Positions 37,482 through 47,826 of a stretch of DNA of 64,000 bases are shown here, in pieces. This DNA is from Patescibacteria group bacterium (lineage in GTDB: Bacteria > Patescibacteriota > Microgenomatia > UBA1400 > PJMF01): NCBI GenBank assembly GCA_023382875.1, contig JAHDXH010000002.1, forward strand, positions 5,724 to 69,723, read 5' to 3'. The notes beneath the pieces are model-generated. The model worked only from the letters and a program-made list of their open reading frames with translations. It was not told the DNA's origin and did not search any database. Within the stretch, counting starts at the first letter, position 1. Every line of letters starts with the position of its first letter. Both the position numbers and the translations under genes were made by a program.

Positions 37482-38138
37482 ATGGGACAAAAAGTAAATC
37501 CAACCGGCTTTAGAATTGGTAACACCTTCACTTGGAAATCAAGATGGTTTGCCAAGGCAGCAGACTACCAAAACGTAGTTTTGGAAGACAACGCTATCCG
37601 TACTTTCCTTAATGAAAAGTTGGCTAGTGCTGGCGTGGTTGCTATTGAACTCGAGAGATCTTTAACTTCAATTAAAGTGATCTTAGTTGTCTCAAGACCA
37701 GGTGTTGTCATTGGTAAAGGTGGCGAAAACTTGAAAAAAGTTCAAGCTGACCTCAACCGTTTGATCAACATTAAAAGAGAAAAAGGTCAAAAACTTAAGA
37801 TCAATCTTAAGGTTGATGAATTTAAGACACCAGATATTAGTGCAAAATTAGTTGCTCAAAGAATCGCAGAGCAATTGGAAAAAAGATTCCCACACCGCCG
37901 CGCTGTAATGCAAGCTATGGAAAAGGCTATGGCAGCTGGCGCAAAAGGTGTTAAAATTGCTCTTTCTGGAAGAATTGGTGGCGCCGAAATCGGACGCACC
38001 GAAAAGTACTTTGAAGGCAAAGTACCTACTCAAACTTTAAGAGCTAACATTGATTACCATCATGGTCCAGCTTTGACCAAGTCTGGTTTTGTTGGTATTA
38101 AAGTTTGGATTTATAAAGGCAATGTAGACGAGAAATAA
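37482..38138 (+). CDS. rpsC: 30S ribosomal protein S3
   Basis: MGQKVNP.GFR, RPGVVIG, SGRIGGAEI.R. Confidence 0.97.
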   Translation: MGQKVNPTGFRIGNTFTWKSRWFAKAADYQNVVLEDNAIRTFLNEKLASAGVVAIELERSLTSIKVILVVSRPGVVIGKGGENLKKVQADLNRLINIKREKGQKLKINLKVDEFKTPDISAKLVAQRIAEQLEKRFPHRRAVMQAMEKAMAAGAKGVKIALSGRIGGAEIGRTEKYFEGKVPTQTLRANIDYHHGPALTKSGFVGIKVWIYKGNVDEK

Positions 38139-38140
38139 GT

Positions 38141-38548
38141 ATGTTACAACCTAGAAAATCAAAATACCGAAAAGAGTTTAGAGGTTCCATGAAGGGCATT
38201 GCTACTCGTGGTAACACCGTTGCCTTTGGTGATTATGGTTTACAGGCAACTACTTGTGGTTGGGTCTCTGCTCGTGAATTAGAAGCTGCTCGTAAGAAAA
38301 TTACCTTCTCTACCAAAAGAGCTGGTAAATTCTGGTTGAGAGTTTTCCCTCACAAGCCAGTTACTAGTAAACCAGTTGGTGTCAAAATGGGTGCCGGTAA
38401 GGGTGAAATCGACCGCTACGTCTGTGTTGTCAAACCAGGAATGATTATTTACGAAATCGGTGGTGTTACCAAAGAAGTGGCACACTCAGCTTTGAAAAAA
38501 GCTGGTCACAAACTTTCAGTTCGTACTACCGTCGTGGAAAAAATCTAA
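38141..38548 (+). CDS. rplP: 50S ribosomal protein L16
   Basis: MLQP, FPHKP, MG.GKG. Confidence 0.97.
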   Translation: MLQPRKSKYRKEFRGSMKGIATRGNTVAFGDYGLQATTCGWVSARELEAARKKITFSTKRAGKFWLRVFPHKPVTSKPVGVKMGAGKGEIDRYVCVVKPGMIIYEIGGVTKEVAHSALKKAGHKLSVRTTVVEKI

Positions 38549-38754
38549 TGAAAAGAAACGATATTAAAGCACTAACCGAAAAAACCGTAGCTCAACTCGA
38601 AAAGCAACTCGGTCAATTACAAAATGAATTGGCTAAAGTTAGACTCGAAAAGAGAGCTATGAAATTAGCTAACATCAGTTTACCTCGTGTTTTGACTGAC
38701 GACATTGCTCGTGTCAAAACTGAGTTAAGAAGAAGAGAATTATTAAACAAATAA
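38548..38754 (+). CDS. rpmC: 50S ribosomal protein L29
   Basis: Operon position; IARVKT. Confidence 0.9.
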   Translation: MKRNDIKALTEKTVAQLEKQLGQLQNELAKVRLEKRAMKLANISLPRVLTDDIARVKTELRRRELLNK

Positions 38755-38755
38755 T

Positions 38756-38989
38756 ATGAAAACTTTACAAGGAACCATCACATCTTTAAAGAATGCTAAG
38801 ACTGCGATTGTGACGGTAAGTAGTCGTAAACTTCATCCTTTGTATAAGAAGTACATGAAGAGTACCAAGAAATATGCTTGTCATTATGAAAATATGACCT
38901 TAGAGCTTGGACAAGAAGTGCAAATTAACGAAAGTAAACCAATTAGCAAAACAAAGAGATTTGTTGTCGCTAACGTAGTAGCAAAATAA
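38756..38989 (+). CDS. rpsQ: 30S ribosomal protein S17
   Basis: HPLYKK, PISKTKR. Confidence 0.95.
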   Translation: MKTLQGTITSLKNAKTAIVTVSSRKLHPLYKKYMKSTKKYACHYENMTLELGQEVQINESKPISKTKRFVVANVVAK

Positions 38990-38999
38990 ATAACCGACC

Positions 39000-39374
39000 A
39001 TGATTCAATTAAGATCAATCCTACACGTCGCTGATAACTCAGGTGCAAAACGCCTCAGAGTAATTCAAGTTCATGGTGGTTCCAAGAGAAAATTTGGTTC
39101 CATTGGTGATATTGTTGCTGCTTCAGTCATTGCTTCTGACACTAAAGGTTCTTTGAAAAAAGGCGAAAAAGTCAAAGCTGTGATTGTCAGAACACACAAA
39201 GAATTCAGAAGAGATAACGGCGAATACATCAGATTTGATGATAACGCTGCCGTCATTATTGAAGGTCGAGACAAAGTTGATCCAATCGGTACTCGTGTCT
39301 TTGGACCAGTAGCTCGGGAGATTAAAAACAAGGGATTCCACAAAATCGCTTCATTAGCTCCAGAAGTTTTATAA
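39000..39374 (+). CDS. rplN: 50S ribosomal protein L14
   Basis: [22 protein letters not shown]. Confidence 0.97.
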   Translation: MIQLRSILHVADNSGAKRLRVIQVHGGSKRKFGSIGDIVAASVIASDTKGSLKKGEKVKAVIVRTHKEFRRDNGEYIRFDDNAAVIIEGRDKVDPIGTRVFGPVAREIKNKGFHKIASLAPEVL

Positions 39375-39378
39375 AACT

Positions 39379-39720
39379 ATGAAATTAAAAATCGGCGATC
39401 AAGTACTAGTAACAATCGGAAAAGACAAAGGCAGAAAAGGTGAAGTCATTAAGACTTTCCCTAAATCTGACCGCGTTGCTGTAAGAGGCATCAACCTTTT
39501 CACCAAACACATCAAGCCTTACGCAGGTAGAGCTGGTGAGAAAAAAGTTAGTGAAAGACCAATGTCTACCGCTAAAGTTGCGATTTTGAACGAAAAAGGT
39601 CAAGCTGATCGCGTTGGCTACAAAGTCAATGAAGATGGTTCTAAAGTGAGAATTTTTAAGAAAACCGGTAAGGCCATTGATTCCGCTAAAAAGGAAAAGG
39701 CTACTGCCAGTAAGAAATAA
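39379..39720 (+). CDS. rplX: 50S ribosomal protein L24
   Basis: GD.V.V..GKDKG KOW motif. Confidence 0.95.
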   Translation: MKLKIGDQVLVTIGKDKGRKGEVIKTFPKSDRVAVRGINLFTKHIKPYAGRAGEKKVSERPMSTAKVAILNEKGQADRVGYKVNEDGSKVRIFKKTGKAIDSAKKEKATASKK

Positions 39721-39725
39721 TAACA

Positions 39726-40292
39726 ATGAATAGATTAAAACAGAGATACCAGACAGAGGTCGTACCACAACTCACTAAAGAGTTGGGTATTAAAAATGCT
39801 TTCTCAGTTCCAAAACTAGAAAAAGTAGTCTTGAACATGGGTGTGGTTGATATGCCACAAAATCCTCGTGCTCGTATGGCTATTATTGAAAACGTAGTTG
39901 AGCAATTCCAAGTCATCACCGGTCAGCACCCACAAATCACCAAAGCTAAAAAATCAATCGCTGGTTTCAAGCTTCGTGAGGGTGAACCACTCGGCGTTAT
40001 GGTAACATTACGCGGTGAGAGAATGTGGGAATTTGTCGATAAGCTTATTTCAACAGCATTACCACGTGTTAGAGACTTTACAGGTATTTCTCGTACCGCT
40101 TTCGACGGTCATGGTAATTACAATTTGGGCATTTCTGAACAAATTGTTTTCCCAGAAATCGTTTTTGATTCAATCGAAAGTGTCCGTGGGTTACAAATTA
40201 CTTTTGTGACTAACACAAACTCAAATGAGCAATCCTTCGCTTTACTCAAAGCTTTAGGTATGCCATTTGCTAAAGAAGAGGTTAAAGAATAA
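39726..40292 (+). CDS. rplE: 50S ribosomal protein L5
   Basis: [25 protein letters not shown]. Confidence 0.97.
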   Translation: MNRLKQRYQTEVVPQLTKELGIKNAFSVPKLEKVVLNMGVVDMPQNPRARMAIIENVVEQFQVITGQHPQITKAKKSIAGFKLREGEPLGVMVTLRGERMWEFVDKLISTALPRVRDFTGISRTAFDGHGNYNLGISEQIVFPEIVFDSIESVRGLQITFVTNTNSNEQSFALLKALGMPFAKEEVKE

Positions 40293-40297
40293 ATCAT

Positions 40298-40531
40298 ATG
40301 GCAGGAACAAAATCAAAAGTCCTAAAAGCTCAAAGATTGTTAGCCAAGCGCGAGGCATATGCTAAGTCTGGTGTTAAAAAACCAAACCGATTCTCGACTA
40401 GAGGTGAGAATAGGTGTAAAATGACTGGTCGTGCTGGAGGCTACATGCGCTACTTTGGTTTGAGTCGTATTGCCTTTAGAGAGTTAGCAATGAAGGGTGA
40501 ATTGCCCGGCGTGACGAAAGCAAGCAAATAA
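40298..40531 (+). CDS. rpsN: 30S ribosomal protein S14 (Zn-free type)
   Basis: [25 protein letters not shown]. Confidence 0.93.
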   Translation: MAGTKSKVLKAQRLLAKREAYAKSGVKKPNRFSTRGENRCKMTGRAGGYMRYFGLSRIAFRELAMKGELPGVTKASK

Positions 40532-40532
40532 T

Positions 40533-40922
40533 ATGACAGATCCTATTGCAGACATGATCATCCGAGTAAAGAATGCTTTCTTAGCTAGTAGAGCTACTGT
40601 TAGTATTCCTCACTCAAAAATGAAAGAAGCCTTGGCTAAAATTCTCGAAGCCGAAGGTTATGTGGAAAGTTTTGAAGTCAAACCAACTGCTCCACAAAAA
40701 ACTATTGAAATTAAACTTAAATATATTGGTAAGATCCCTGCGATCACTGAAGTGAGAAGACTCTCTAAACCAGGACGCAGAATGTACGCTACTGTTGGAG
40801 AAATCCCACGATCCTTGGGTGGTTACGGCGTTACAATCGTTAGTACAAGTAAGGGAGTTATTACCGACAAAGATGCTCGTAAAATGAACATCGGCGGCGA
40901 AGTACTCTGTCAAATTTGGTAA
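40533..40922 (+). CDS. rpsH: 30S ribosomal protein S8
   Basis: TDPIADM, SKPGRR.Y, STSKG. Confidence 0.97.
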   Translation: MTDPIADMIIRVKNAFLASRATVSIPHSKMKEALAKILEAEGYVESFEVKPTAPQKTIEIKLKYIGKIPAITEVRRLSKPGRRMYATVGEIPRSLGGYGVTIVSTSKGVITDKDARKMNIGGEVLCQIW

Positions 40923-40927
40923 ATAAT

Positions 40928-41464
40928 ATGTCAAGAATCGGAAGAAAACCAGTTGCTCTTACTACCGGCGTCAAAGCTGAAGTAGTTGGCAACGAAGTAG
41001 TAGTCAGAGGCGCCAAAGGCGAACTCAAAGTTACTATTCCAGCTGGCATCGAAGTTAAGATTGAAGACAACAGTGTTGTTGTTTCCGCTCTTAACGAAGA
41101 AAATCAAACCAGAGCTTTCCACGGTTTAGTGAGAAGTTTGGTTGAAAATGCTAACGAAGGTGTTTCTACTGGTTACAAAAAAACATTGAAAATGATCGGT
41201 ACCGGTTATAGAGTTGCTCTCAAGGGTGCAGGTTTAGAATTAGCTGTTGGTTTTTCTCACAAAGTTGAAGTCAAGCCAAGAGTTGGTGTCAAATTCACCA
41301 TTGAAGGACAAGATACTATCCATGTTGAAGGTATTGATAAGCAAGTCGTTGGTCAACAAGCTGCTGAGATTAGAGCGATTAAACCACCAGAGCCTTACTT
41401 GGGCAAAGGTATTCGCTATGAAAATGAAGAAGTGATTAGAAAACAAGGTAAGACTGCCGCCTAA
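40928..41464 (+). CDS. rplF: 50S ribosomal protein L6
   Basis: MSRIG, PEPY.GKGIRY. Confidence 0.97.
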   Translation: MSRIGRKPVALTTGVKAEVVGNEVVVRGAKGELKVTIPAGIEVKIEDNSVVVSALNEENQTRAFHGLVRSLVENANEGVSTGYKKTLKMIGTGYRVALKGAGLELAVGFSHKVEVKPRVGVKFTIEGQDTIHVEGIDKQVVGQQAAEIRAIKPPEPYLGKGIRYENEEVIRKQGKTAA

Positions 41465-41465
41465 A

Positions 41466-41834
41466 ATGCAAAAAATTAAACAAAACTTAACCCTAGCTGA
41501 AAAAAGAGCTCGCAGAGTCAGAAGTAAAATTTCTGGTACTGCCGAGCGTCCAAGATTAACTGTTTTCAGATCAAACAAATACACTTACTTACAAGTGATT
41601 GATGATCAAGCTGGAAAAACATTGGCTGCTGCCAGTGACGTTTCAGTCAAAAAAGCAGGTGTTAAATTGGACGGCAAAAAGATGGAAAATGCTGTCGTAG
41701 TTGCTCAGGAATTGTTCAAGCAACTTAAAACTAAAAAGATCTCAGCAATCAGATTTGATCGCGGTTCTTACCGCTATCACGGCAGACTCAAGGCAGTCGC
41801 CGATGCATTGAGAGAAGCAGGTATTGAAGTCTAA
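41466..41834 (+). CDS. rplR: 50S ribosomal protein L18
   Basis: RPRL.VFRSN, FDR..Y.YHGR. Confidence 0.97.
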   Translation: MQKIKQNLTLAEKRARRVRSKISGTAERPRLTVFRSNKYTYLQVIDDQAGKTLAAASDVSVKKAGVKLDGKKMENAVVVAQELFKQLKTKKISAIRFDRGSYRYHGRLKAVADALREAGIEV

Positions 41835-41839
41835 AATAT

Positions 41840-42532
41840 ATGGCATACAACAACGAAGATCAAAAAAACCAGAAACAAAAGAGAGAACCAAAGGAATTTG
41901 AAGAAAAAGTTATTCAAATTTCTAGAGTTTCCAAAAAAACCAAAGGTGGTAACAAATCCGGCTTTTCAGTTTTGATGGTTGTTGGTGACAAAAAAGGTCA
42001 GGTTGGCGTTGGTTTAGGTAAGGCAAGTGACGTTATTGGCGCGATCAAAAAGGGTATTAAAAAAGCCCGCAAAAAAATGATCACTATTCCACTTGATGGA
42101 ACAACAATTCCTTTCTCAGTTGAAGTTAAAAAAGGTGCTGGTGTAGTTATGCTTAAACCAGCTCCAAAAGGTTCAGGTGTTATCGCTGGTGGCCCAATTA
42201 GAGCTGTGGTCGAAGCTGCTGGTATTAGAGATATCTCTAGTAAAATTATGGGCAGTGAAAACAAAGCTTCTAGTGTTTACGCTACTTTTGAAGCCTTAAC
42301 TCAAATCACTAAATTAGTTAAAATCAAAAATATCAAATTAAGATCCATTGCTGAAATTGAAGCAGAAGAAAAGAAAAAAGCTGAAGAAATTCAAGCTAAA
42401 GACAAAAAAGCTGCTCAGGAAGCTAAAGCCAAAGAGGCTAGTGAAGCTAAGCCAGCTGCTAAAAAAGTTGTCAAAAAGCCAGTTGCAAAGAAACCAGCTG
42501 TTGCCAAAAAACCAGCTGCTAAGAAGGAATAA
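41840..42532 (+). CDS. rpsE: 30S ribosomal protein S5 with long Lys/Ala/Pro tail
   Basis: RV.K.TKGG, G.GVIAGG. Confidence 0.97.
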   Translation: MAYNNEDQKNQKQKREPKEFEEKVIQISRVSKKTKGGNKSGFSVLMVVGDKKGQVGVGLGKASDVIGAIKKGIKKARKKMITIPLDGTTIPFSVEVKKGAGVVMLKPAPKGSGVIAGGPIRAVVEAAGIRDISSKIMGSENKASSVYATFEALTQITKLVKIKNIKLRSIAEIEAEEKKKAEEIQAKDKKAAQEAKAKEASEAKPAAKKVVKKPVAKKPAVAKKPAAKKE

Positions 42533-42534
42533 CC

Positions 42535-42972
42535 ATGTCATTACTTAACCAATTAACCAGTGTTACCAGTAGAGCCAAGAAACGCGTTGGTCGTGGTTAT
42601 GGCAGTGGTAAAGGTGGACACAATTCAGGTAAAGGTACCAAGGGTCAAAACGCCCGACGTGGTGGCGGTGTGGCTCAATGGTTTGAAGGTGGTCAATTAC
42701 CAATCATCAAGAGAATGCCAATGATGCGTGGTAAATCTAGACTCGAAATTGTCAATCCAACCGCTCAATTATCTCTCACAGAAATCGAAAACTTAAAAAC
42801 TGAAGTTATCACATTAGAGTCTCTCAAATTAGAGAAGGCTATTGATGGTAGATTCAAAAAAGCAAAGATTGTTGGAAACGGTAGTATCTCGAGAAAAGTA
42901 ACAGTTGAAGGTGTCGGTGTAACCGCTGGCGCTAAGGCTGCTATAGAAAAAGCAGGTGGCAAAGTGGTATAA
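42535..42972 (+). CDS. rplO: 50S ribosomal protein L15
   Basis: RVGRG.GSG.G, FEGGQLP. Confidence 0.97.
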   Translation: MSLLNQLTSVTSRAKKRVGRGYGSGKGGHNSGKGTKGQNARRGGGVAQWFEGGQLPIIKRMPMMRGKSRLEIVNPTAQLSLTEIENLKTEVITLESLKLEKAIDGRFKKAKIVGNGSISRKVTVEGVGVTAGAKAAIEKAGGKVV

Positions 42973-42981
42973 ACTTACTTT

Positions 42982-44265
42982 GTGAAAAAACTACAACAAA
43001 AACTTCAACAAATATTCCAAAATCAAGAGTTAAAAAAGAAACTCATCTTCACTGCAACCATTTTCTTTGTTTACCGGTTGCTCTCGCACATTCCTTTACC
43101 AGCTATTGATGTAGATAAGCTTTCTACTTTGTTTGCTTCAAGTCAATTTTTAAGTTTACTTAACATCTTTTCTGGTGGAACCTTGTCTAATTTTTCTATT
43201 GTCGCCGTTGGTATTAGTCCTTACATTACCGCTAGTATTATCTTGCAATTAGCAGCCATGGTTTTTCCTGCTTTGAAGGAAATGCAAAAAGATGGTCAAG
43301 CTGGTCAAGAAAAATATAATCAATACACAAGACTTTTGGCGGTACCACTGGGTGTGGTACAAAGTATTTCCGTTTTAGCATTGCTCAATTCTCAAGGATT
43401 GATGCAGGCTGGACACCCATTATTGTTGGTTGTTATGATTATGAGTTTGATTGCTGGTTCGATGATTGTGATGTGGTTTGGCGAATTGCTTTCTGAATAC
43501 GGTATTGGCAATGGTATTTCTATGATTTTGTTTGCCGGTATTATTTCTCAATTCCCACAAGCTGTTGCTCAAGCCTTGTCCGTTTCCACCAGTGACCAAT
43601 GGATGACTAATTTGGTCTTCGTTGCAGTCTTCGTGTTGATTATCGCTTTGGTGGTTTTCATGAATGAAGCCATTCGAAAGGTGCAAATTCAATACGCCAA
43701 AAGAATGCGTGGTGGTAGAGAAATGGGTGGCCAAATTACTCATTTGCCAATTCGCGTTAACGTTGCTGGCGTGATGCCAATCATCTTTGCGGTTTCTTTG
43801 ATGATGGCACCCTCATTTATTGGTAGACTTTTAATTTCTACGGGTAAAGAAACTTGGATTAATGTTGGTCAACAATTGAGTATTTGGTTCACTCAAACCA
43901 ACCCAATTTACATCATTACCTATTTCACAATTGTCTTTATTTTCACTTTCTTCTCAGCTTTGGTGTTCTTTAACGCAGAAGATATTAGTAAAGAATTGAA
44001 AAAGAGTGGTGCTTTTGTACCTGGTATTAGACCTGGTGGTCCAACTAAGAAATATCTCGAATTTGTGGTGACTAGAATCACTTTAGTTGGTGCTTTGTTC
44101 CTTGGTTTTATTGCCGTTATGCCATCACTAGCCCAGGTGTTTACCGGAGTTAGTTCCTTGGCTGTTGGTGGAACTAGTGTCTTGATCGTCGTCTCTGTGG
44201 TTTTAGAAACCACTAAACAAATAGAAAGTATGCTTGTTGGTCAAAATTACGACCAATATATTTAG
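42982..44265 (+). CDS. secY: Preprotein translocase SecY
   Basis: GISPYITASII, GIGNGIS, PGIRPG, GGTS.LIVV. Confidence 0.97.
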   Translation: MKKLQQKLQQIFQNQELKKKLIFTATIFFVYRLLSHIPLPAIDVDKLSTLFASSQFLSLLNIFSGGTLSNFSIVAVGISPYITASIILQLAAMVFPALKEMQKDGQAGQEKYNQYTRLLAVPLGVVQSISVLALLNSQGLMQAGHPLLLVVMIMSLIAGSMIVMWFGELLSEYGIGNGISMILFAGIISQFPQAVAQALSVSTSDQWMTNLVFVAVFVLIIALVVFMNEAIRKVQIQYAKRMRGGREMGGQITHLPIRVNVAGVMPIIFAVSLMMAPSFIGRLLISTGKETWINVGQQLSIWFTQTNPIYIITYFTIVFIFTFFSALVFFNAEDISKELKKSGAFVPGIRPGGPTKKYLEFVVTRITLVGALFLGFIAVMPSLAQVFTGVSSLAVGGTSVLIVVSVVLETTKQIESMLVGQNYDQYI

Positions 44266-44286
44266 TAAATATTAAAAGAAAAAACT

Positions 44287-44829
44287 ATGAAAATTGTTTT
44301 GGTTGGTATCCAAGGTGCAGGCAAATCCACTCAGGGCAACTTACTCTCACAAGAGTTAAACGTTCCTTACCTTTCCTCGGGTCACATTTTTAGAGAAATG
44401 GCTAAAGAAAAAACTAAATTAGGCCGTTGGTTGAAAGAAACTCTTAATTCTGGAGCTTTAGTTCCTGATGAAACAACCATGGATATTATTTTTGAATACT
44501 TAGACAAGCCTGAGTACTCCAATGGCTATATTCTCGATGGTTTCCCACGCACTTTAGCTCAAGCAGAAGTTTTCACAGATCGAAAAGGTGTTGATAAAGT
44601 AGTTTTGATCGACGTTTCTGACAAAGAAGCTTTGTGGAGAATTTCTGGTAGAGTTGCAGACAGACAAGATGAAACTTTGCAAGCCATTAGAAAAAGAATC
44701 GCTCTTTTCCATGAATCTACCTCAGCCGTGGTTGAGTACTACCAAGATCGTGGTATGTTAGTTAGAGTCGATGGTGAAAAAGATGTCGATGACGTCTTCG
44801 CCGAAATTAAAAAGCATTTGGGAAGATAA
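44287..44829 (+). CDS. adk: Adenylate kinase (short LID type)
   Basis: G..GAGKSTQ, ILDGFPR. Confidence 0.9.
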   Translation: MKIVLVGIQGAGKSTQGNLLSQELNVPYLSSGHIFREMAKEKTKLGRWLKETLNSGALVPDETTMDIIFEYLDKPEYSNGYILDGFPRTLAQAEVFTDRKGVDKVVLIDVSDKEALWRISGRVADRQDETLQAIRKRIALFHESTSAVVEYYQDRGMLVRVDGEKDVDDVFAEIKKHLGR

Positions 44830-44860
44830 ATTTAGTCAAATAATGGTATAATATAGGCCT

Positions 44861-45190
44861 ATGGGAAAAGTTCAAGCTCATAAAAGAGCAGCAAAAGCTA
44901 AAAGACAAGTTGATTTAACCTCTGAAAAATCTCAAGCGGTTGACCGTTTTGAGATCGAAGGCGAGGTTTTGCAATGCTTGCCTAATACCATGTTTAGAAT
45001 TGAAGTTACAAAGAGTGAAGTTGAGCCTATTATTGGCAAAACTTTATTAGGTACTTTGGCAGGAAAAATGCGATTGTATCGAATCAGGGTTATGCCTGGT
45101 GATTTAGTCAAAGGTTATGTCAGTAAATATGACCTCGGAAAGTGTAAAATCACCTATAGATCAACCAAAACTGATTCGCAGTCAATTTAA
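44861..45190 (+). CDS. infA: Translation initiation factor IF-1 with N-terminal extension
   Basis: EG.V...LPN.MFR, GKMR...IRV.PGD, YDL.K..I.YR. Confidence 0.88.
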   Translation: MGKVQAHKRAAKAKRQVDLTSEKSQAVDRFEIEGEVLQCLPNTMFRIEVTKSEVEPIIGKTLLGTLAGKMRLYRIRVMPGDLVKGYVSKYDLGKCKITYRSTKTDSQSI

Positions 45191-45266
45191 TACTTGTCTA
45201 ATCTGGCCTCTTGAGGTATATTTCAAGTCTGTTAATTTTATTTTCGCAGTAAAAAGATAACAAAAG

Positions 45267-45380
45267 ATGAAAGTTAAAGCATCAGTCAAAAAAATCTGTA
45301 TTCATTGCAAGTCTGTAAAGCGCAAAGGCGTTTTACGTGTTATTTGTAAAAATAAGAAACATAAACAACGTCAAGGATAA
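45267..45380 (+). CDS. rpmJ: 50S ribosomal protein L36 (not in ORF track)
   Basis: [37 protein letters not shown]. Confidence 0.97.
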   Translation: MKVKASVKKICIHCKSVKRKGVLRVICKNKKHKQRQG

Positions 45381-45386
45381 AAGAAT

Positions 45387-45797
45387 ATGCCACGTATCGT
45401 CGGTGTCGACATTCCAGATAACAAGAAAGTTCTTTATTCACTCACAGCCGTTTATGGCGTGGGTCTTAAAGTATCAGAGAAAGTCTTAGCTCAGTCAGGT
45501 GTTGATCCAGACAAACGTGCTAGAGATTTGACCCAAGATGAAGTTGGTAAGATTAATAAAGTTTTAGAAAACTACATCAACGAAGGTAATCTTCGTCGCC
45601 AAGTTGCTGAGAACATTAATCGTTTAAAGAGAATCAGAGCTTATCGTGGTCTTCGCCACATTGCCAAACTCCCTGCTAGAGGTCAAAGAACCAAAACTAA
45701 CTCTCGTAACGCCCGCGGTGGTGCTAAGAGAAAGACTGTTGGTGCTCTTACCAAAGAGATGGCAGCTAAATTAGATGCAGCAAAAGCAAAGAAATAA
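45387..45797 (+). CDS. rpsM: 30S ribosomal protein S13
   Basis: RI.GVDIP, YRG.RH...LP.RGQRTKTN. Confidence 0.97.
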   Translation: MPRIVGVDIPDNKKVLYSLTAVYGVGLKVSEKVLAQSGVDPDKRARDLTQDEVGKINKVLENYINEGNLRRQVAENINRLKRIRAYRGLRHIAKLPARGQRTKTNSRNARGGAKRKTVGALTKEMAAKLDAAKAKK

Positions 45798-45807
45798 GAT
45801 TTGAACC

Positions 45808-46206
45808 ATGCAAAAAAGACAAGCCAATACTAGTAAAGTTAAAAAAGCACTTAGATCAGTACCTAATGGTAGAGTTTATATTACCGCTACTTTCAACAAC
45901 ACTTTAGTTAGTGTGACTGATGAGCAAGGTAATGTTCTCTGCTGGGCATCAACTGGTGGAGCAGGTTTCTCTGGTTCCAGAAAATCTACTCCATACGCAG
46001 CTACAGTGACCATGGAAAACGCTCTTAACAAAGCTAAAGTCTATGGAATGCACACTATTGATGTTTTCTTAAAGGGTCCAGGTCCAGGTAGAGATGTGGC
46101 TTTAAGAGTTATTAAGGCACAAGGTTTGAGAATTGGCATGATTGCCGATATGACCCCAATGCCACACAATGGTACTAGACCAAGAAAAGCTAAACACAAC
46201 AGATAA
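45808..46206 (+). CDS. rpsK: 30S ribosomal protein S11
   Basis: FNNT, RKSTPYAA, KGPGPGR, PHNG. Confidence 0.97.
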   Translation: MQKRQANTSKVKKALRSVPNGRVYITATFNNTLVSVTDEQGNVLCWASTGGAGFSGSRKSTPYAATVTMENALNKAKVYGMHTIDVFLKGPGPGRDVALRVIKAQGLRIGMIADMTPMPHNGTRPRKAKHNR

Positions 46207-46217
46207 AACATAAAACT

Positions 46218-46823
46218 ATGGCAAGATATACAGGTCCAAAAAACAAACTAGCAAGAAAAATCGGTGAAGATTTGGGTTTAAAATCCAATTCATTGAAAGT
46301 TGCCAAAAGACTTTCTATTTTCCCAGGCCAACACGGCGTTAAAGGAAGAAGAAAAGTTTCTGATTACGGTAAACAGCTCAAGGAAAAGCAAAAAGTCAAA
46401 TTTATTTATGGCATTTTGGAAAAATACTTGCGCCGCCAATATGATGAAGCTGTGAAGAATCCATTGGCTACTGGTGCAACCATGCTTAGTTTGCTCGAAA
46501 GAAGATTAGACAATGTTGTTTACCGCTTAGGTTGGGCTGCTACTAGAGCTGCCGCTCGTCAATTAGTGACCCACAACCACATTTTGGTTAACAACAAAAA
46601 AATGAACATTGCTTCTTATCAGGTTCACACTGACGACGTTTTGACTATCCGTGAGGGTAGTATGAGATCTCACTTATTGGCTGAAAGAGTCAAAGAGGCC
46701 GTCCCAAGTGTTACTTGGTTGGAATCAAAAGCTCAAGTGGCTAAGGTTTCTCGCCTCCCACAAAGAGATGACGTATTAGAAAATATTGAGGAGCAACTCA
46801 TTGTTGAGTACTACTCAAGATAA
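46218..46823 (+). CDS. rpsD: 30S ribosomal protein S4
   Basis: MARYTGP, LERRLDNVVYR, IVEYYSR. Confidence 0.97.
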   Translation: MARYTGPKNKLARKIGEDLGLKSNSLKVAKRLSIFPGQHGVKGRRKVSDYGKQLKEKQKVKFIYGILEKYLRRQYDEAVKNPLATGATMLSLLERRLDNVVYRLGWAATRAAARQLVTHNHILVNNKKMNIASYQVHTDDVLTIREGSMRSHLLAERVKEAVPSVTWLESKAQVAKVSRLPQRDDVLENIEEQLIVEYYSR

Positions 46824-46876
46824 TAATTATCTGGAAAACGGACCTAGCAGAGCTAGGGATGAAACAAAGGAAAAAT

Positions 46877-47821
46877 ATGAAAAAACTTGCACAATACCCA
46901 GTCATGAGCCCTGTCTTTGGTGTCAGTGAAGCTGCTACTACTGATAGACAAGCTACTATCGTGATTGAACCATTGGAAAATGGTTATGGTCACACTTTAG
47001 GTAATGCTTTGAGAAGAATTCTCTTAACTTCATTGCCAGGTGTCGCTGTTACTTCTGTCAGAATTGACGGTGTTGACCACCAATATTCTGGTCTTGAGGG
47101 TGTCAGTGAAGACGTCATTGAAATCATTTTGAACATTAAATCTTTGAGAATTAAATCAGAAACCAGTTCTGAATCTGGTATTTTGAGATTAAACGTTTCT
47201 GGTCCAGGTGAAATCACCGCTAAAGACATTAAATGTGATGCTGGTTTTGAAATCGTCAACCCAGATCAACACATTGCTGTTTTAGCTAAAGGCAAAACTT
47301 TGGACATCGAAATGACTGTCGAATCAGGTATTGGTTACGATATGTCTACCGGTAGAGAAACTAGTGTTGTTGGTGAAATTCCAGTTGACGCTTTGTTCTC
47401 ACCAGTCGTCAAAGTTTCTTACAAAGTCGAAGCTACTCGCGTCGGCCGAAGAACTGACTACGACAGAATCGTTTTCGACATTACTACTGACGGTACTATT
47501 AGTCCACTTGAAGCTTTAAAGCAAGCTGCTCAAGTTTTGGCTAAACAAGCTACTCAGGTTTTCAACCCAGTTCTTCCAGAAGTGGAAGTTAAGGAAGAAA
47601 TCTTAAGCCCTGAAGAAGCTGAAGTTTTGAAATTAACCGTAGAAGAATTGGATTTGCCAACTCGCATCGCTAACGCTTTGCGCAAAGGTGGATTCGAAAC
47701 CGTAGGCGACCTCCAAGGCGCTCCAAGAGATGTGATTGCTAAAGTCAAGAACTTGGGTGAAAAAAGTGTGGATGTCATCAACGACGCTCTTCTGAAAAAA
47801 GGAGTTAGTTTGGGTGAATAA
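46877..47821 (+). CDS. rpoA: RNA polymerase alpha subunit
   Basis: EPLE.GYGHTLGNALRR, DA.FSPV, KNLG.KS. Confidence 0.97.
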   Translation: MKKLAQYPVMSPVFGVSEAATTDRQATIVIEPLENGYGHTLGNALRRILLTSLPGVAVTSVRIDGVDHQYSGLEGVSEDVIEIILNIKSLRIKSETSSESGILRLNVSGPGEITAKDIKCDAGFEIVNPDQHIAVLAKGKTLDIEMTVESGIGYDMSTGRETSVVGEIPVDALFSPVVKVSYKVEATRVGRRTDYDRIVFDITTDGTISPLEALKQAAQVLAKQATQVFNPVLPEVEVKEEILSPEEAEVLKLTVEELDLPTRIANALRKGGFETVGDLQGAPRDVIAKVKNLGEKSVDVINDALLKKGVSLGE

Positions 47822-47826
47822 ATAAT

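Noticed and set aside
42532-42535. Absence of rpmD (L30) between rpsE and rplO
   Set aside because: An established CPR trait; used only as a taxonomic clue
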